This document shows, one piece after another, positions 23,801 through 37,264 of a stretch of 64,000 nt of DNA; within the stretch, counting starts at the first letter, position 1; each line of letters opens with the position of its first letter. The notes under the pieces were generated by a model. That model had not been told where the DNA came from, ran no database searches, and saw only the letters and a program-made list of their open reading frames with translations. The DNA is from Phyllosticta citribraziliensis (lineage: Eukaryota). The stretch lies in contig NW_027117345.1 of NCBI RefSeq assembly GCF_038025025.1, forward strand, positions 1,674,001 to 1,738,000, given 5' to 3'. The position numbers and the translations under genes are program-made.

Positions 23801-24302
23801 GGAAGAAACCGTGACAGATGACTGGATGCTTCGGTAGTGAATGAATGCTCCCTGAACGCTGCCGAAGTGTCAGGAGCTATCACGTCTTGGACGTGACTAG
23901 AAAGTTCCCCGAGTCTTGCACAGTAGTCACATTTCTTCCTTCTCGAATGCAGGAGAACTTTTGAATTGTGTCTTCTAGTATCTTGACATTATAGCACTCA
24001 TTACAGGATATAGCAAGTCCACAGCACCTACAACTTGGGAAGTGTGTCCAAGCAACTTTACACTCTCATCCTTTCTCAACCTGAACGCCTCGCTGAATCT
24101 GCGTGTATAGACAAGGAGGGAATATGTGAATAGAGGAAGGAAAAGTTTGTGACAGTCTGTGAGTTAAAGGGTACAGGTGAGGCAAAGAGAAAAAAACAAA
24201 GCAGACCAATCTATCAGGACATTGTCACAAAGGAACACAAGGAAAAAAAAAGAAACACATTGAGACAGCGCGCGGAAGCAATTTCACCACACGGTCTTGC
24301 CT

Positions 24303-27300
24303 CTACGCATTCTGCTTCTTCATCCTCCTCGTCGACTTGGTAGCCGGCCTAACTCTGAAGTAGTAGTACAGGAGCGTGGCGAGGCCAATGTTGAAGAAGA
24401 CGTAGACCCAGCCGAGGCCAAAGTTACGCCAGCGGTCAGCCCAGTAGATCTTGCTGGTGGCCAGGAACTGGTCGGCGTTTTGCAGACTGCAGTAGCGGCA
24501 GTCGGCCGTCGCGTCCGGGTTCTGCAGGGCGCCGGGCGCCGTCTCCAGGTATGGCGCCATATATTGGCCGCAAGTCATGTTGGCTGGTGGGTTGAAGACG
24601 GAGGTTTCCACCGACGAGCAATCAACGGGCCGCCCGTGTAATTCTGTTGCCGCAATTCCTGCTACCCAATAGGTAAAGGGCGATACACGGTACATCCAGA
24701 TCCAGAAGCCGGGCAGCGCGTTGGGCGTTTGCATGACGCCGTTGAAAGTCAGCATCAACGCGAACAGCGTCGTTGCGATGGCACCAGCTGTCTCGGTATT
24801 TGGAAGTCCCGCGATGCACATGGTCGCGAAACTGCTGGCAAACACAAAGAACTGACAGCAGTAAAGAAGGACCAGCACCTGGCGCTCCGAAGACTGGATG
24901 CCGTTGACCGGATAGTAGTATGTGGCGAAGACCAAAACCCCGACGAACAGCTGGTATGGGATTTCGACGATGATGTTCGCGATGAGAAAGGCCTTCCATG
25001 AGTAGGCTTTCGACGGGCGCTCGCGCACTTCGTACAGAGACCGCTGGGTGACGAACAAAGGCATGACTTGTTGGACGAGTGTGGAGAAAATTGTCGAGAC
25101 CATGAAGACGGAGAAGAGGATGTTTTGCATGCCTTGCAGCGAAGTGTTGGGTCTGTAGAAAGAGAAGCCAATGAAGAGACCGGAGGAGACTCCCAGTGCA
25201 ATCTTGGCCCAGATGTAGCCTGGCATGCGCCAGTATTGCTGGAAGACGCGATGGCTGACCCAGTAAAGCTGCGAGCGAAACGACAAGGCAAACTCGCCCT
25301 GATTGCCCTCTTCGTTCTCGCCTGCGACGGGTTCGTCAAGCATGTCGCGATGGATGCGGTCGAGTTCGTCTTGGACGGCCCCGGCTTCGTTCGAATGCTT
25401 CCACACCTCATGCCAGTCTTGAGTGGATTTGCCCGTGGCACCAGCTCCAACGCATTCCAGCATGTACTCAGCAGGGTTCTCGTCGTCTCCACACTTGCGG
25501 CCTCCGTTGGATTCAAAGTAGTCGAGCATGGTTCGCGAGTTGGGACCGATATCGCCGAAGTACACGGTTTTGCCTCCTTTTGCCAGGAAAAGAAGACGAT
25601 CGAATTCCTGAAAGAGGATAGCCGAAGGCTGGTGAATCGTGGAGATGACGGAGTGACCGTTGTTGGCAAGCTTGCGCATGAAGGCACAGATGGCCCAGGA
25701 ACTTTGCGAGTCGAGACCACTGTGTTGCATTAGCATCATGATCATGACTGGTAAAATTGTACTGACCTGGTCGGTTCGTCGAGGAATAAGAGAAGCTTTG
25801 GCTTTGCAGCAAGCTCCACTCCGATGGTCAACAACTTTCGCTGCTCGACATTCAAACCTTCGCCGGGAACACCAACGACTGCCTCGGCAAAGTCTTCCAT
25901 GTTGAGCAACTTGATGACATCTTCGACATAGGCTAACTTCTCAGACTCGGGGACGTTCTTTGGCTGACGCAGCCTGGCGCTGAACTGCAGACTTTCGCGT
26001 ACTGTCGAAGTTTCCAAGTGCAAATCTGTATGTGGTGGTCAGTCGAATGGTCCTTGACAGTGGATGAGGGCACAGTTGAATGCTTGTTGATGCTGGTGAC
26101 GACGTACCTTGCTGCTGCACGTAGCCAATGTTCCGCTGAAAACTTTCAGCCAAAGGTTTCCCGTTCACAAGCATGTCACCAGTGATGACGCCCATCGTTG
26201 TTCTCTGCGCGAGAGCATCCAATAAGGTAGTTTTGCCCGCACCTGACACACCCATAAGAGCGGTCAAAGTGCCTGGTTTGACCCAGCCAGACACATGGTC
26301 CAGTAGGCGGCGCGGTTCTCCCTTGATCTCAATGTCGTAGACCACATCCCGCCAGGTGAAGATGTCTTTCTGAGGAGCCAGGGCAGCTTCGCCATCGGCT
26401 TCGGCACTTTCCTTGGTCACTACATCGGCAGCGGACTGCTCTTCGTCAGAGGCCTTGGAGTCGTCCATGTAGCTTGGGACGTGACCCCTGCGGAACACCA
26501 AAACTTCGGCAGTCGAGGTCGTAGACGAGTTGAGTTCCGTCCCGGCAAAGTAGATGATCATGAAAACAACGAGGAAAGCGCAAAGAATTCCAAAGTTGCG
26601 CCACACGTTTGAATACGAATAATCAAAAGCGGCTTTGATGTAGTCGTCGCCGTTGACAGTCCGCTGCCCAGCAATCGCGCCTCGGGAATTGCAGATGAAG
26701 CTTTCGCCTTCCAGAGGCGAATAGGTTGGGACGAACTCGGAGCATACGTAATCGCGCGCGTGGTATTCGTTGGCCAGGAGGATTTCGAAAGCGTAGTAAA
26801 TCGGGTTGATCCAGCGGATCCAACCGAGGTAGTCTCTCATCAGAGGGCCTGGGATGACGAATCCCGTGTACACGACGATAGCCAAGACCAAGACTCCTGC
26901 TAGCGCCATGGCTTGTGAGACGGTCTTGGTGATTGCAGCCATGGTCCGGAAGACGGCGCTCATGACGAACATGGAGATGAAGACGACGAGGAAGTACAGG
27001 AAGAACTGGGCAGCCTCTTTTCGCAACTCAGACAGAAAGTAGAGGATCAGGTTGAAGCAAACCGCAATTACGAATTTGACCGGTATGTCAGATACGACTC
27101 CAGCGACAGCTTCCGTGAAAGGATGGTAGAAGGCGTAAGAGTTGTGTTTTTCCACAATCGATCGCTGTGCATATAGACTGTTGATTTCCGAAATGGCCAT
27201 GAGAGCGTTGAGAAGGACGGCAAAGAAGAGTGCTGCATTCTTTGCGAAAAATCCTTGGGTTGCGTCTTTGGTACCGAAGAAGATCGAGCCGATGATTAGA

Positions 27301-28986
27301 GCCATGAAAATATTGCTGCCGACATTCGCCAAAGTAGAAGTCTTGTCGTTCCAAATTCTCTGATATGCCCGCGTCGTGTTGAGCTTGATTTGCATAGGGA
27401 TGGAGATGAGGTACGGAGACTTTGGGTTCGTGTGCTTCGCTTGTTCTGCGCGTTTGGCATCTTGAAAGCTGGACACGACCTCTCCACCTACTGGGAATTC
27501 TCGGTCATTTTCAGCAATCTCCGCTTGGAGAGCTGCAAAGGCCTCTGACGATCTCCAGTAGCGTTCAAAGTCGTCCGGAGTCCTTGGAACTCTGTTCTCC
27601 CATCCCTCACGGGGTTTTCGCTCGAGGGGATTGGTGACTGAGGTGAGGAAGTCTCCAGTGGTTTGTCGGGGCGGGCAGTACCATCCCTGGTCTTCAAAAA
27701 ATTGCTTGGCCTTGCTAGCCGGTCCATAGTAGATTTCCCTGCCCTCGTAGAGAACAACGGCCTTGTCAAACACATCGTAGATTGCTTGACTGGCCTGGTA
27801 GATGGCGACGGCGTGCGTGGAGCCTCCCAAGTCCGCTGCCAACCGGAGGGCTTTGACAAACTCGAGCGCCGTAGCCGCGTCCAAGCCTCTTGTTGCGTTG
27901 TCCCAGGCTCCTATCGGTGCTCCTGCGACCATCATCTCTGCGACTATAGCCGCTGTTAGCTTGTGGTCGATGCACCCAAAAGATGTACTTACTGCTGACA
28001 CGCTTCCTCTCACCACCGGAAACACCTCGCACGAAATCGTTGCCGACCTTGGTGTTGTAGGTATGACTGAGTCCAAAGACTGTCATCACTACTTGCGTGA
28101 CGTACTTTGCCCATTGCTCGCGCGATGATGAATAGACACGGTTGGAGGGTGTGCGGTAGCTAGTCGCGAACTCTAGAGTCTGGCCGACGGTCAAGTGAGG
28201 GAAGTGCTTGTCTACTTCTTGGTTGTAGACCATTTCTCCCTTGAACTCCTTCATCATCTTCTTCAGCGGTATCCCGTTGTAGTGAATCTCGGAATCAACA
28301 CTCAGCTGCAATCCGTACAGCTCACCTGTCAACGATTTCAGGAGTGTCGAGCAACCGCTGCCAGGCCTTCCGAGAACGATCAACAGCTCCCCGCTCTTGA
28401 GAACACCATTGAAATCTTTCAGGATCCGCTTTTCAGTCTTCTTGCCAAAGGTTTCGCCAAGCCGGAAGGGAGCCATGAGGAGCGAGCCAGCCGTTTGTTG
28501 AAGAGTCAAAGCCGAGCCCGAACCAGAGACGTTCAAGTTTTTGAACGAAATTCCCGCTCTCTTGATCTTGACTTGCTCGTCATCCATGGCGCGAACAAAT
28601 TTGCGCAACCACTTGTAAAGGTCGAACTTATCGCTGCTTGGGTCGAAGATGGGATCGTCTTCTGAGAGGTCGGCAATGGTGTCAGTCGCTGACACTGTCC
28701 GCTCCGCACGCTCCATTGCGCTCATGCCGGTGGTGCGGCGGGACATGGAGGGGCGGTTGCCACCCCTGGACAGATTGGTAGCCAATCTCACCAACTCGGC
28801 TTCGTCCTCGGCGGAAAAGGCAGGACCCCGGTCATCGTCAGACTTTTCAGACTTCTCAACGTCCGTCTCAGAGTTGTAGCCATCGTTGTCTGGGCGAGTT
28901 GATCTGATGGGCATGAAAACCCGGCTGTCATCTTGGCCCTCAGGGCGGGGGGCCGATATTTCTTTCTCGTCGTATGATTCTGCCAT
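24303..28986 (-). CDS. Full-size PDR-type (ABC-G) multidrug transporter, 4 exons
   Basis: NBD1: [25 protein letters not shown]2: [31 protein letters not shown]. Two TMDs with Cys-containing extracellular loops. Introns at ~27938-27990, ~26026-26107 and ~25720-25766. Confidence 0.96.
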
Positions 28987-29190
28987 TTTGTTGAAAGGGT
29001 GTAAACAATTGGCCCAGGCAGGTGACGGAGGGGCTCGGAGGGAGGTTGCTCCTCACGAGCAAAAAGGGTAGTTTGTCGTAGATTCCCTGGATGAGATGCA
29101 CAGAAATGGCCTTTGAAAAGGGTCCAGGTGGTCGATGTCTCAAAATGTGTCTTTGTGGGTAGGTACCGGATACATTTTAGCGCTTGCGGG

Positions 29191-29211
29191 AGTCGACTAT
29201 ATATGTCGACT
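29191..29211 (-). promoter_or_regulatory. TATA element inside an inverted repeat upstream of the ABC transporter
   Basis: AGTCGAC-TATATAT-GTCGACT, ~205 nt upstream of ATG 28986. Confidence 0.45.
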
Positions 29212-32200
29212 GCTACCAACAGACCGTTTATGGCGGCATGTTCCATCCCGAGCATCTTTGTCCGCCTCCGCAGTATAGCGCGACACGTTTTCCCGAAGTG
29301 GGATGCCAGCTACGTGAAAGCAGGAACCCTCGGGCCCTGTGTAGCCCGCATCCGGATGTGGTTGGTGCGGTTTCCCGCAACAAAGCTAGAGCTCGGGAGT
29401 GACACAACCCCCGTTCCGCTTGTGAGCGGCGGGAGTTGGGGAAGCCTAGTCATGTCTTAATACGGACTTGGCTGACGTAGGGTGCCCTGTCAAACCGCTG
29501 AGCCAACAGCAAAACATGAAGCCACTTGGCTCAACAGCGAATCGCATTTGGCGGAGAGAATGATGACTGATCTCTGGCATTCGAGCATGATTTATTTCCA
29601 AAGCCTCAAGCTTCAAACACATTACCGAGCCGCCAATTTGCTTGGGGTCAGCGTTTGGACAGGTAGCCATGCAGGTGATGGTTTGCTAGACTAAGCCTGT
29701 CGTCTAGAAAGGTTAATGAAGCACGGACACCGGGCCAACTGCTTGGCATTGGCTGTACGGAAGATTCAGTTCAAAAACCCCGGCGTCCGCTGGCACAAAG
29801 TAACGGGTAGTGGTAGCAGGGCTTGAGGGTGACGTTGCTGCGGCGCGCATCAAGGGTGGTTGTTGGTAAGCAACAAGCGTGGTTAAGATTTGGACATTGA
29901 GTCATGCGCGGGATGGACTGGACTGTTTGGTGAAGGGGCAGTGTTGTCGGGAGCCGCAGAAATCACACCCGGTGTCTACGTCTGAAGAGTCAAGGCGGAC
30001 CGAAAGATCTCGGGAGCAAGCGAGACGACATCCGGGAGAGAGTTGAGATAGGGAGGGCGGACACCGAGAGCAGATGGCGACTCAAGTGGCTCGTGCACTG
30101 CTCCCGCTGGTATCCGGTCCCCTTGGTTGTCGACCAGATCCGCCAAGTCAGATAAGAATCCGCAGCTCGTCCGTGTAAGCTTATGCCAATCCGCAAAAGG
30201 GCCTGTCGATCTCCAAGGAAGTTGCGTCATCTTGTCTTGAGTAGTGCTGACGAACGTCGCGACTGTGGTATTCGATAGTCTGTCTGGACCAGTCTTGAAC
30301 TTGCGGCCGCGACTTTTCGTGTTCGTTCTTTTATTCGTTTCTTGGGCGGAAGACGCGGACGAAGCCGTGGTCCCCTTCTCTGCCTTCTAAGATCCCGTAT
30401 ACACAGCGCAAAATCATTTTTCGCGAAGTGACAGCCTCCATTCAGGTGTAGTTTCAAAGACACTGGCAGCCGAATCTTGCAGTCCGATGCATTTCGTCCG
30501 GCCACGAGTATGGCACAACTCGCAAGGATACGTCTGGGGCACTGTCGCCGGTTCCTAGAAAAATGTGGGATTGCGCTTTTGTCGAAGTCCGAAGCTTGGT
30601 GCCAAAAGTCGTTGGCACATACAAAACTAGGAAGTGTATGAGCCATACTATAGTTGGCTTACTACTTCGGATCTTTCAAGAGAAATTAAGCATCTACAAC
30701 GGACAGTAAAAGGCAGCATTCAACCCCAAGTTTGCGGAGCCTCACAGCTGTGACATTTGTGCAAGCCACGAATTTGCTCCCAAGCCTCACGCGGAGACAA
30801 CAGCCACGCGCATGGAATGCATGGCATGTGTTGACGTTGGAGGCGGGCCCATCAAATAGTCGAGCTTACGACACGGAACGATGACGCGGTTGGCGGCAGT
30901 AGAGGCGCCCATGAGGAATTGTAGAATCTTTGCGGCTGAAGTCTCGCCATTCCAGGCGGGAGGGAGAGGTGGGCGGGGTTGCTGGGTCTAGACTCATTCG
31001 CCGTCGATGACGATAGACACTGGTGTTCTGCCAAGAATGGTGATGCCAAAGATGTTCCTTGTGTCAGGTTGGCGGGCGGACAGAGGGACTGGCGTTGACG
31101 TTGACGACGGCGAGTGAGTGATGCACGACGTGAACGCGTCTCGCTTGGTTCCGCTGCCAGAGCACACCTCAGGCAGCTCCGCCGCGCAGCTCGTATTCGG
31201 GGCGGACACTCTTGGCAGAAAAAAGGCACCGCATCAGGTCCCCAGCTCCAGTCTTTCTTCTCACCAACGACAAGAAATAGCTCAACTGTTCACCACTCTC
31301 CGCGTGCATCGCCCAATCCATTCCTGACGACATGCCGCCAATATCCGTCTCCTTCCGGTCCTATTTCTGCTCTCTAGCCTTCTAGCCTTCCACTGCCGTC
31401 CGCTCCGCTGCTTAAGCCACGCCACCTCCGCACCCCGGGGCCTGCTCTCGGACAACTACTCGCCCTTAACATCAACTCCGAGGCCCGCCCATCCCTGCCA
31501 CCCACCTCGACTGCCGTACCCGCTCGGCATGACCTGCATATGTCCAAAATGCTAAACAGACGCGTTTTGAATGGCCTTTTGCACGCTGGAACTCCATACA
31601 TTCTTATCCCAGGCGGACGCCCTCACCACGTCACCGTTCTCCCTCATTCCAAGCAATCTGTATCATACCGCGACGACAAGATCCGGAGCGTCCACCGGTC
31701 GGATGCGCCCATCCCGGTCCACACATCCCAGTCACGACCTGTTGATGGCGACGCCCGGCACATCCACCCAGCCAACCGAACCGCCCTCCCTCGCATCAAA
31801 AAACACCAGGCGTCCCGGATGGCCCTGGCTGGCTGGATGGCTGGCTGGCTGTCTCGTGGGCTTGTCGCTGGCCGGCGGACGAACGTGTGCGGTCTGGGCT
31901 AGGCTGGGCTCGGGCTCTCCCTCTTTCTCTCCCTCTCTTTCCCTCAGCTCAGGGCAGGCAGGGGGCGGAGCGGCGGCGGCAGCGCACCGCAAAACGACGG
32001 CGAAGGCGAACAACGACAAGTGATGGCGAGCGGGGCGGGCGGTGCCGTTTTATCCACGAACCTCTTGTTTTAACTCTTGTCGTTCGTCAATCGTCTGGGG
32101 GGCTGCCTCGACGCGAGCGCCTGCCAACGGCGCGTGCGGCCGGTGACGCGCCCCCGATTCGAGGCTCCAAGGCCATGTGGCGCGCCCGCGCTGCTTCATG

Positions 32201-33921
32201 TTGAAAAGAGGTGGTATGATGGGCAAGGCACGTTCCAAGGCGCATCTATATTCTACTGGTGCCTGTGGGGCATCGACAGCGGCTGCAGCAGTGGCAGCAT
32301 CTTTACCCGGTAAAAGAGTGCCTCAGGGGTCGAGGTCTGGATTGCTGCGGAGTCGAGGTAGGTAGCCGCCAGAGTATGTACTGACTACTGCTGCAAGGCC
32401 AATGGGGTGCAGCTCGACGCATGCGCTTGCGCACGCGCACGCTTGGCCGCCTGTCCTTCCTCTACTCTACATACAGACAAGCAGGCTGACAGACGGCGCC
32501 GGCGCCAAATGACGGGCGCTGGCTACAAACTCAACAAGTCCCTTGAACAGATCGTGGGAGCAGGATGCGCCGACACGCGGCGACGCGTGGCGGACGGACT
32601 GGTTTGCCGCCAATTTAGTCCCGCTGAACGGCTAACCCACGACCTTGGTGGGATAGCTCCCACCTAACCCACAACACCCCGGATACGGTCCTGACTCTTC
32701 GCCGTTCGGTGCGTCTCGTCGCTGCAGACAAAAATGACGCATCAAGAGAAAACAAAAAAGCCTCAGCGGATGAAAATTGTCCCTTACGAACGCTGATCGG
32801 AGCAAGTGCGCCTCGAGGCCACGGCGCAATGGCTGTGTAGGTAGGTAGGTTCGCATGTTTACCGGTGAAAGATGGCGCGGAGATGGTGCGAATCGCCCAG
32901 CCGCTGCGGGACTGTCACAGTAGTAGGCGTCGAACAAATAATGGCTCCCTAGATGCGGCCGTGCCCAGTGCCAGGAGGCGTCATTGCTTTTGACACCTAT
33001 CGTCCTGCGACAGTGAAGAAGTGGAGACTTCAGTACGTGTCACACTGAGGCCGAGCAGGTAAGGTGTCAGGGGGCGACAGAACGGGAAAGCGCGCAGGCA
33101 AAGACGAAGAGTACATAGTGGTAGGTGAGCAGAATGTAGGATGTAGACAGGCACACCGCAAAGGAATCCCACATCTGGGTCAGACGAGATATACTACTGC
33201 ATGGGGCACTCCCTGCGGTTGATTGCACGAACTGGGCGGGATGCTCAAGGAAACAGGGAGTCGGATGATAATCGCGCCACTGCTACATCTGACTACGACC
33301 ACACCCACCCACACCCACCCTGCCTACATACACACCCCCGCGTTCCCAAACCAATCGAAGCCCGTGACGAGAGCGAGCCGGACCAGACGGACCGACGCCT
33401 CTGCACACCTTCACGCGCATCAATGGCAACAGACAGACAGACAGGCCCAAGGCTCAATTAGCCAGATGAAGACACCCCCCCCCCCAACCCAATGTCCAAA
33501 CAAAAAGAGTAACCGCTCATATGCCGTCAAACTACGGACTGCGCTCCATTAGTGCGAGAGGCGAACAACGACGCAAAAAAGGGCAGCAAGATGAAGTATC
33601 GCACCGGTACATTAGCACGCGAAGCCAAGAGCAAGGAAGAAGAGCAGCAGCACCAACGAAACAAAATTTCAAATGCAGGTTGTCGTCCGCTCCAGAGACA
33701 AGACAGACAGATATCATGGATCGCAACAACGACAGCACTCCTCCCTTGTTTGCAACATAAGGAAATAGAAAAAAACGCCGCCCCAACAAATGACATGATG
33801 GGAAATGTGTGAACCCGGGTCCCGCTCAAACGCATCTCAGAATGCAGCAACGTAATAGTGTGTGGATGTCATTTTCTTCGTCGTCCCAACTCCACGTCTT
33901 TTCCTCGGCGTCGTCTCCGTC

Positions 33922-35882
33922 TCACGCTACGAGCGATTGCAAGTTCGACTGGTGGTGCTCTTGTCCTTGCTGCTCCGGGCGTGGTTTGGATGCGCTCGCG
34001 TCGGGACCGTCTCGCCGCTCCTGGCCCAAGCTGTGGCCTTGGTGCTCAAACATTTGAGATTGGCCGTGCTGATGTTGCGTTTCCAATAAGCGCTCTTCCA
34101 TTCTTCCATCACCGGGCGTGATTTCCATCCTGCTCTCCCCGGAATGTGATGCCCGTCTCTCTTGCTTTGGAGGCTCTGCGTGCGTTGGGCCTGGTGTCGC
34201 GTGGCCCGGGTGGGCCTCTGTGCCTCCCATTCTAGCATCTTGGGCCTGGCCGACGCTCGCTACAGACGCCGAAGGTGAAGCAGAGGTCGGGCTGGCCAGG
34301 TTCTGCCTCAGGACGGAGCTTGGGTAGCCAGCCATTTCCACGTCCGAATGGCTTTGCTCACCCTCCCCGACTTGGCTCATCCGGAGCTCAGGCTCTCGCA
34401 CTTCTTTCCATGAGCACTTGGCGTGCTTCTTGGTGCACCCCATGCATGCTGTCAGGTTCTTGAGACAATCCATGTGTAATCTCCGACAGCGGTCACATGG
34501 TGGCAGGATTCTTTCTCCTTTCGAAAGACTTTCCATGCGAGCCACCATCTCGGCCTTGAAAGGACCACCGTCGTCCTTTTCGGTAGATTGGGGGAAAGCG
34601 GTGCCAGCCCGCGCTCCGTAAGAAGGGACAAGGTTTGATGGTGTGCTCGGAATGGGAATCGGCGACGCGTTCGAGAGGAGCAACTGCGAGTACTCTGCTT
34701 CGGTGTAAGGGAGTCCGTTGGAGCCAGCAGGTCCCGCGGTGGAGCTGTTGGGCCTCACTGCCTTGGCCCCCGACGAAGACTGGCCGCCAGTGGAGACAAG
34801 GCTCGCGCCAGAGCCTCGGCGCAGATGCTCGCCGTTGGAGCTCGGTTGGCCGCGGCGGTCGCTCACTGTGGTGAATTTGCTCAAAAGATCAGAATGGGTT
34901 GCAGGAGACGCGCCATTCTTGGCCGCTTCATTCCTGGCGGCTTCTGGTCCATTCGACTCGGGTGGTGGTCTCGTGTTGACGGCCACGAAGCCGCCTTGAC
35001 TGGGCGATTTATTCAATGCAGCCAGCGCAGCGCTCGCGTTTTGTCCCAGTCCGTTCATGAGTGCGACGTTGGAAGGACTGGATGCGCGCACGGCGGCCGG
35101 GGTGTTGGTCGCGCGTCGATCGAGAATGGCCTGCTTACGGCCCTTGAGACGGTGATTCAGTTGACGCGTGCGCGCAGCGACTGGTGGAAACAATCAGCAA
35201 AGCAATTTGCAGGCTTGGGAGGCCAAAACAAACCTTGGTCCGCCAACTGACAGACTTGAGCCAAGTTCTTCTCCAAGATTTCCAGAGTGCCGAGTTCTTT
35301 TTCCTCATCCTCGACTATGGGCTGCGGGGGGATCATCTTCTGAGGTATTCCGCTGCTGATCAAGACAAAGTCTTCCTCGCTGATCTGGACCCTGCACTGC
35401 TTGGTATAAAACTGGCAAACACGGACGCCCTCGCTCATTTGGCCCAGGGTAAACTGCTCGGGCTTGTTGCGCGCAAAGTCGACAACATCGAGCCAGGTGA
35501 CGGTGGCGCCGTCCTTGCCGTGGGATTTGAGAACCTTGGGAGGGCCGTCGAACAAGCGCTCAAAACGCTTTATGAGGATGGGGCCGAGCGGGCGCGCGCC
35601 AAGATTGCAGGCCATGCTCTCATGGCGGTCGAGGACGCCTTGGTACTCGCCCAACAATTGGAGAATCGAAGGTAGAGCGTCGTCGTTTGAGATGAGGGGC
35701 AAATCTTCCTGGTACTGGCGGGCGAGGTAGTTGATTTGGAGGTGGTTCGAGGTTTTTGCCGTCTTTGGCGGAGGGGCAGGCGCGACGTGGGCGGGGTCGT
35801 GCGAAGGACTCCGCTTGCGCTTCAGCTCGGCCGTCATGGTGGTGGAGGACGAGTGCGGGTGGTGGTGATGTTGGGGCTCCAT
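33922..35882 (-). CDS. Zn2Cys6 transcription factor with an internal binuclear cluster, 2 exons
   Basis: CDRCRRLHMDCLKNLTACMGCTKKHAKC. Globular-looking N-terminal segment (HESMACNLGARPLGPILIKRFERLF). Intron ~35181-35234 joins the two ORFs in frame. Confidence 0.88.
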
Positions 35883-36761
35883 GGCTCGTGGTGCGCTACG
35901 GGGTCAGGTCAGGGCTCAGGCAGAGCGGAATTGGGTTCGGAACGGGGAGTCTCGGCGGCGGTGCCAGCGCAGCGCAGCGCCACTGATAGGGCGAAACACG
36001 GCTACGGGGACGTGTTGCGACCGAGGGCGAGGGCGAGGGCGAGGGGCGGCGGAGCAGCAGAGGGAGGATGCAGAGAGCGGAACGAGGACTGAGGACGAGG
36101 CGAGAGAGGGAGGAGGGAAGAGTCGGGAGGGTGGGAGCTGGGAAGAGGTGCGGGTGCGGGTGCGGTGCGGGAGAGGGCGTTGATGAGGGCGCGGGCGGAG
36201 AGGGTGGACTGGACCGGACTGGACTGGGATGGGATGGGACTAGGCGGCGGCGCAGAGCAGCTGGAGCTGGAGCTGGGGACTGGGACCGGGACTGCGATGC
36301 GACGGGGTGGAAAGCGCGCGCGGGTAGTCGGCACGCAACCAAGCCAGCCAGCCAGCCAGGGCAGTGGAGGCGGCGGGGAGGAGGAGGAGGAACCCCATCA
36401 CGTGTCGCCTCCTCCTCCTCCGTCCACGTCCGTCTCCCCGGCCGAGTTCCCTCCCAGGTCGTTCTCCATACGAGCGAGCCTCTTTTGCTAATTACATTAT
36501 TCCCTACTGAGGCAGTGCATTCCGAAATACCCAGACAAATCATCCGTGACAATGCGGTAGTAGTCGCAGCCACCTCATCTGCATGGCAGGGCGCTCCGCC
36601 ATTCTGCCGCCCCCCACCGCCCCGTCCGCGCCGGCATCTGCCGTCATCTGCATCCCTCTAGCTCCAGTCCCGTCCAGTGCGCCGCGCTCCATCCCGCGAC
36701 ACTACCATCGCCAACTCCACTCCATCCCTTCCCTCCACTCCCTGCAAATTCCACTCCCCAA

Positions 36762-37264
36762 ATGTCGGAGCGAGGCCACTTTCGAGGCGGCAGAGGCGGT
36801 CCTCGTGGAGACCGTGGTGGTCGAGGAGGCGGCCGCGGCGGCGCCAATGCCGGCCACCACCAAGACCGCCCCAAGAAGGAAAACATCCTCGACCTCGCCA
36901 AGCTCATGGACAAGGAAATTTCGGTCAAGTTCAATGGTGGAAGAGAAGGTCCGTCCCGCCAAGCTCCGTTTTCCCTCCCTCCCCCGCCGCTTACTCGCTC
37001 CCACAGTCACCGGCACCTTGAAAGGTTATGACCAGCTCATGAACCTAGTCTTGGACAATGTCAAGGAGGTAATGCGCGGTAAGCTTCCACCCACCGTACC
37101 TGTCCTCGTACGAGCCGCTAAAACGGCATCCAGACGACCAAGGCAACGAATCTCACCGCTCGCTCGGCTTGATTGTCGCCCGCGGAACTCTTCTTGTTCT
37201 CATATCTCCGCTCGATGGCAGCGAGGAGATTGCGAACCCGTTCGCTCCCGCCGAGGATGAGTAA
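36762..37264 (+). CDS. LSM7: U6 snRNA-associated Sm-like protein Lsm7, 3 exons
   Basis: RGG-rich N-terminus; KKENILDLAKLMDKEISVKFNGGRE|VTGTLKGYDQLMNLVLDNVKE|...RSLGLIVARGTLLVLISPLDGSEEIANPF. Confidence 0.95.

Noticed and set aside
23843..23853. TGAATGCTCCC matching the reverse complement of the edge repeat core
   Set aside because: A single 11-mer with no flanking similarity; compatible with chance.
29976..33800. Many 60-150-aa ORFs between the ABC transporter and the Zn2Cys6 gene
   Set aside because: No motifs, consistent splice model or codon bias; probably promoter and UTR sequence.
35896..36661. Pro/Ser- or Arg/Gly-rich ORFs in the TF/LSM7 intergenic region
   Set aside because: Products of short simple repeats (GAGGGC, GGACT, GCTGGA, GCCA) in a bidirectional promoter.
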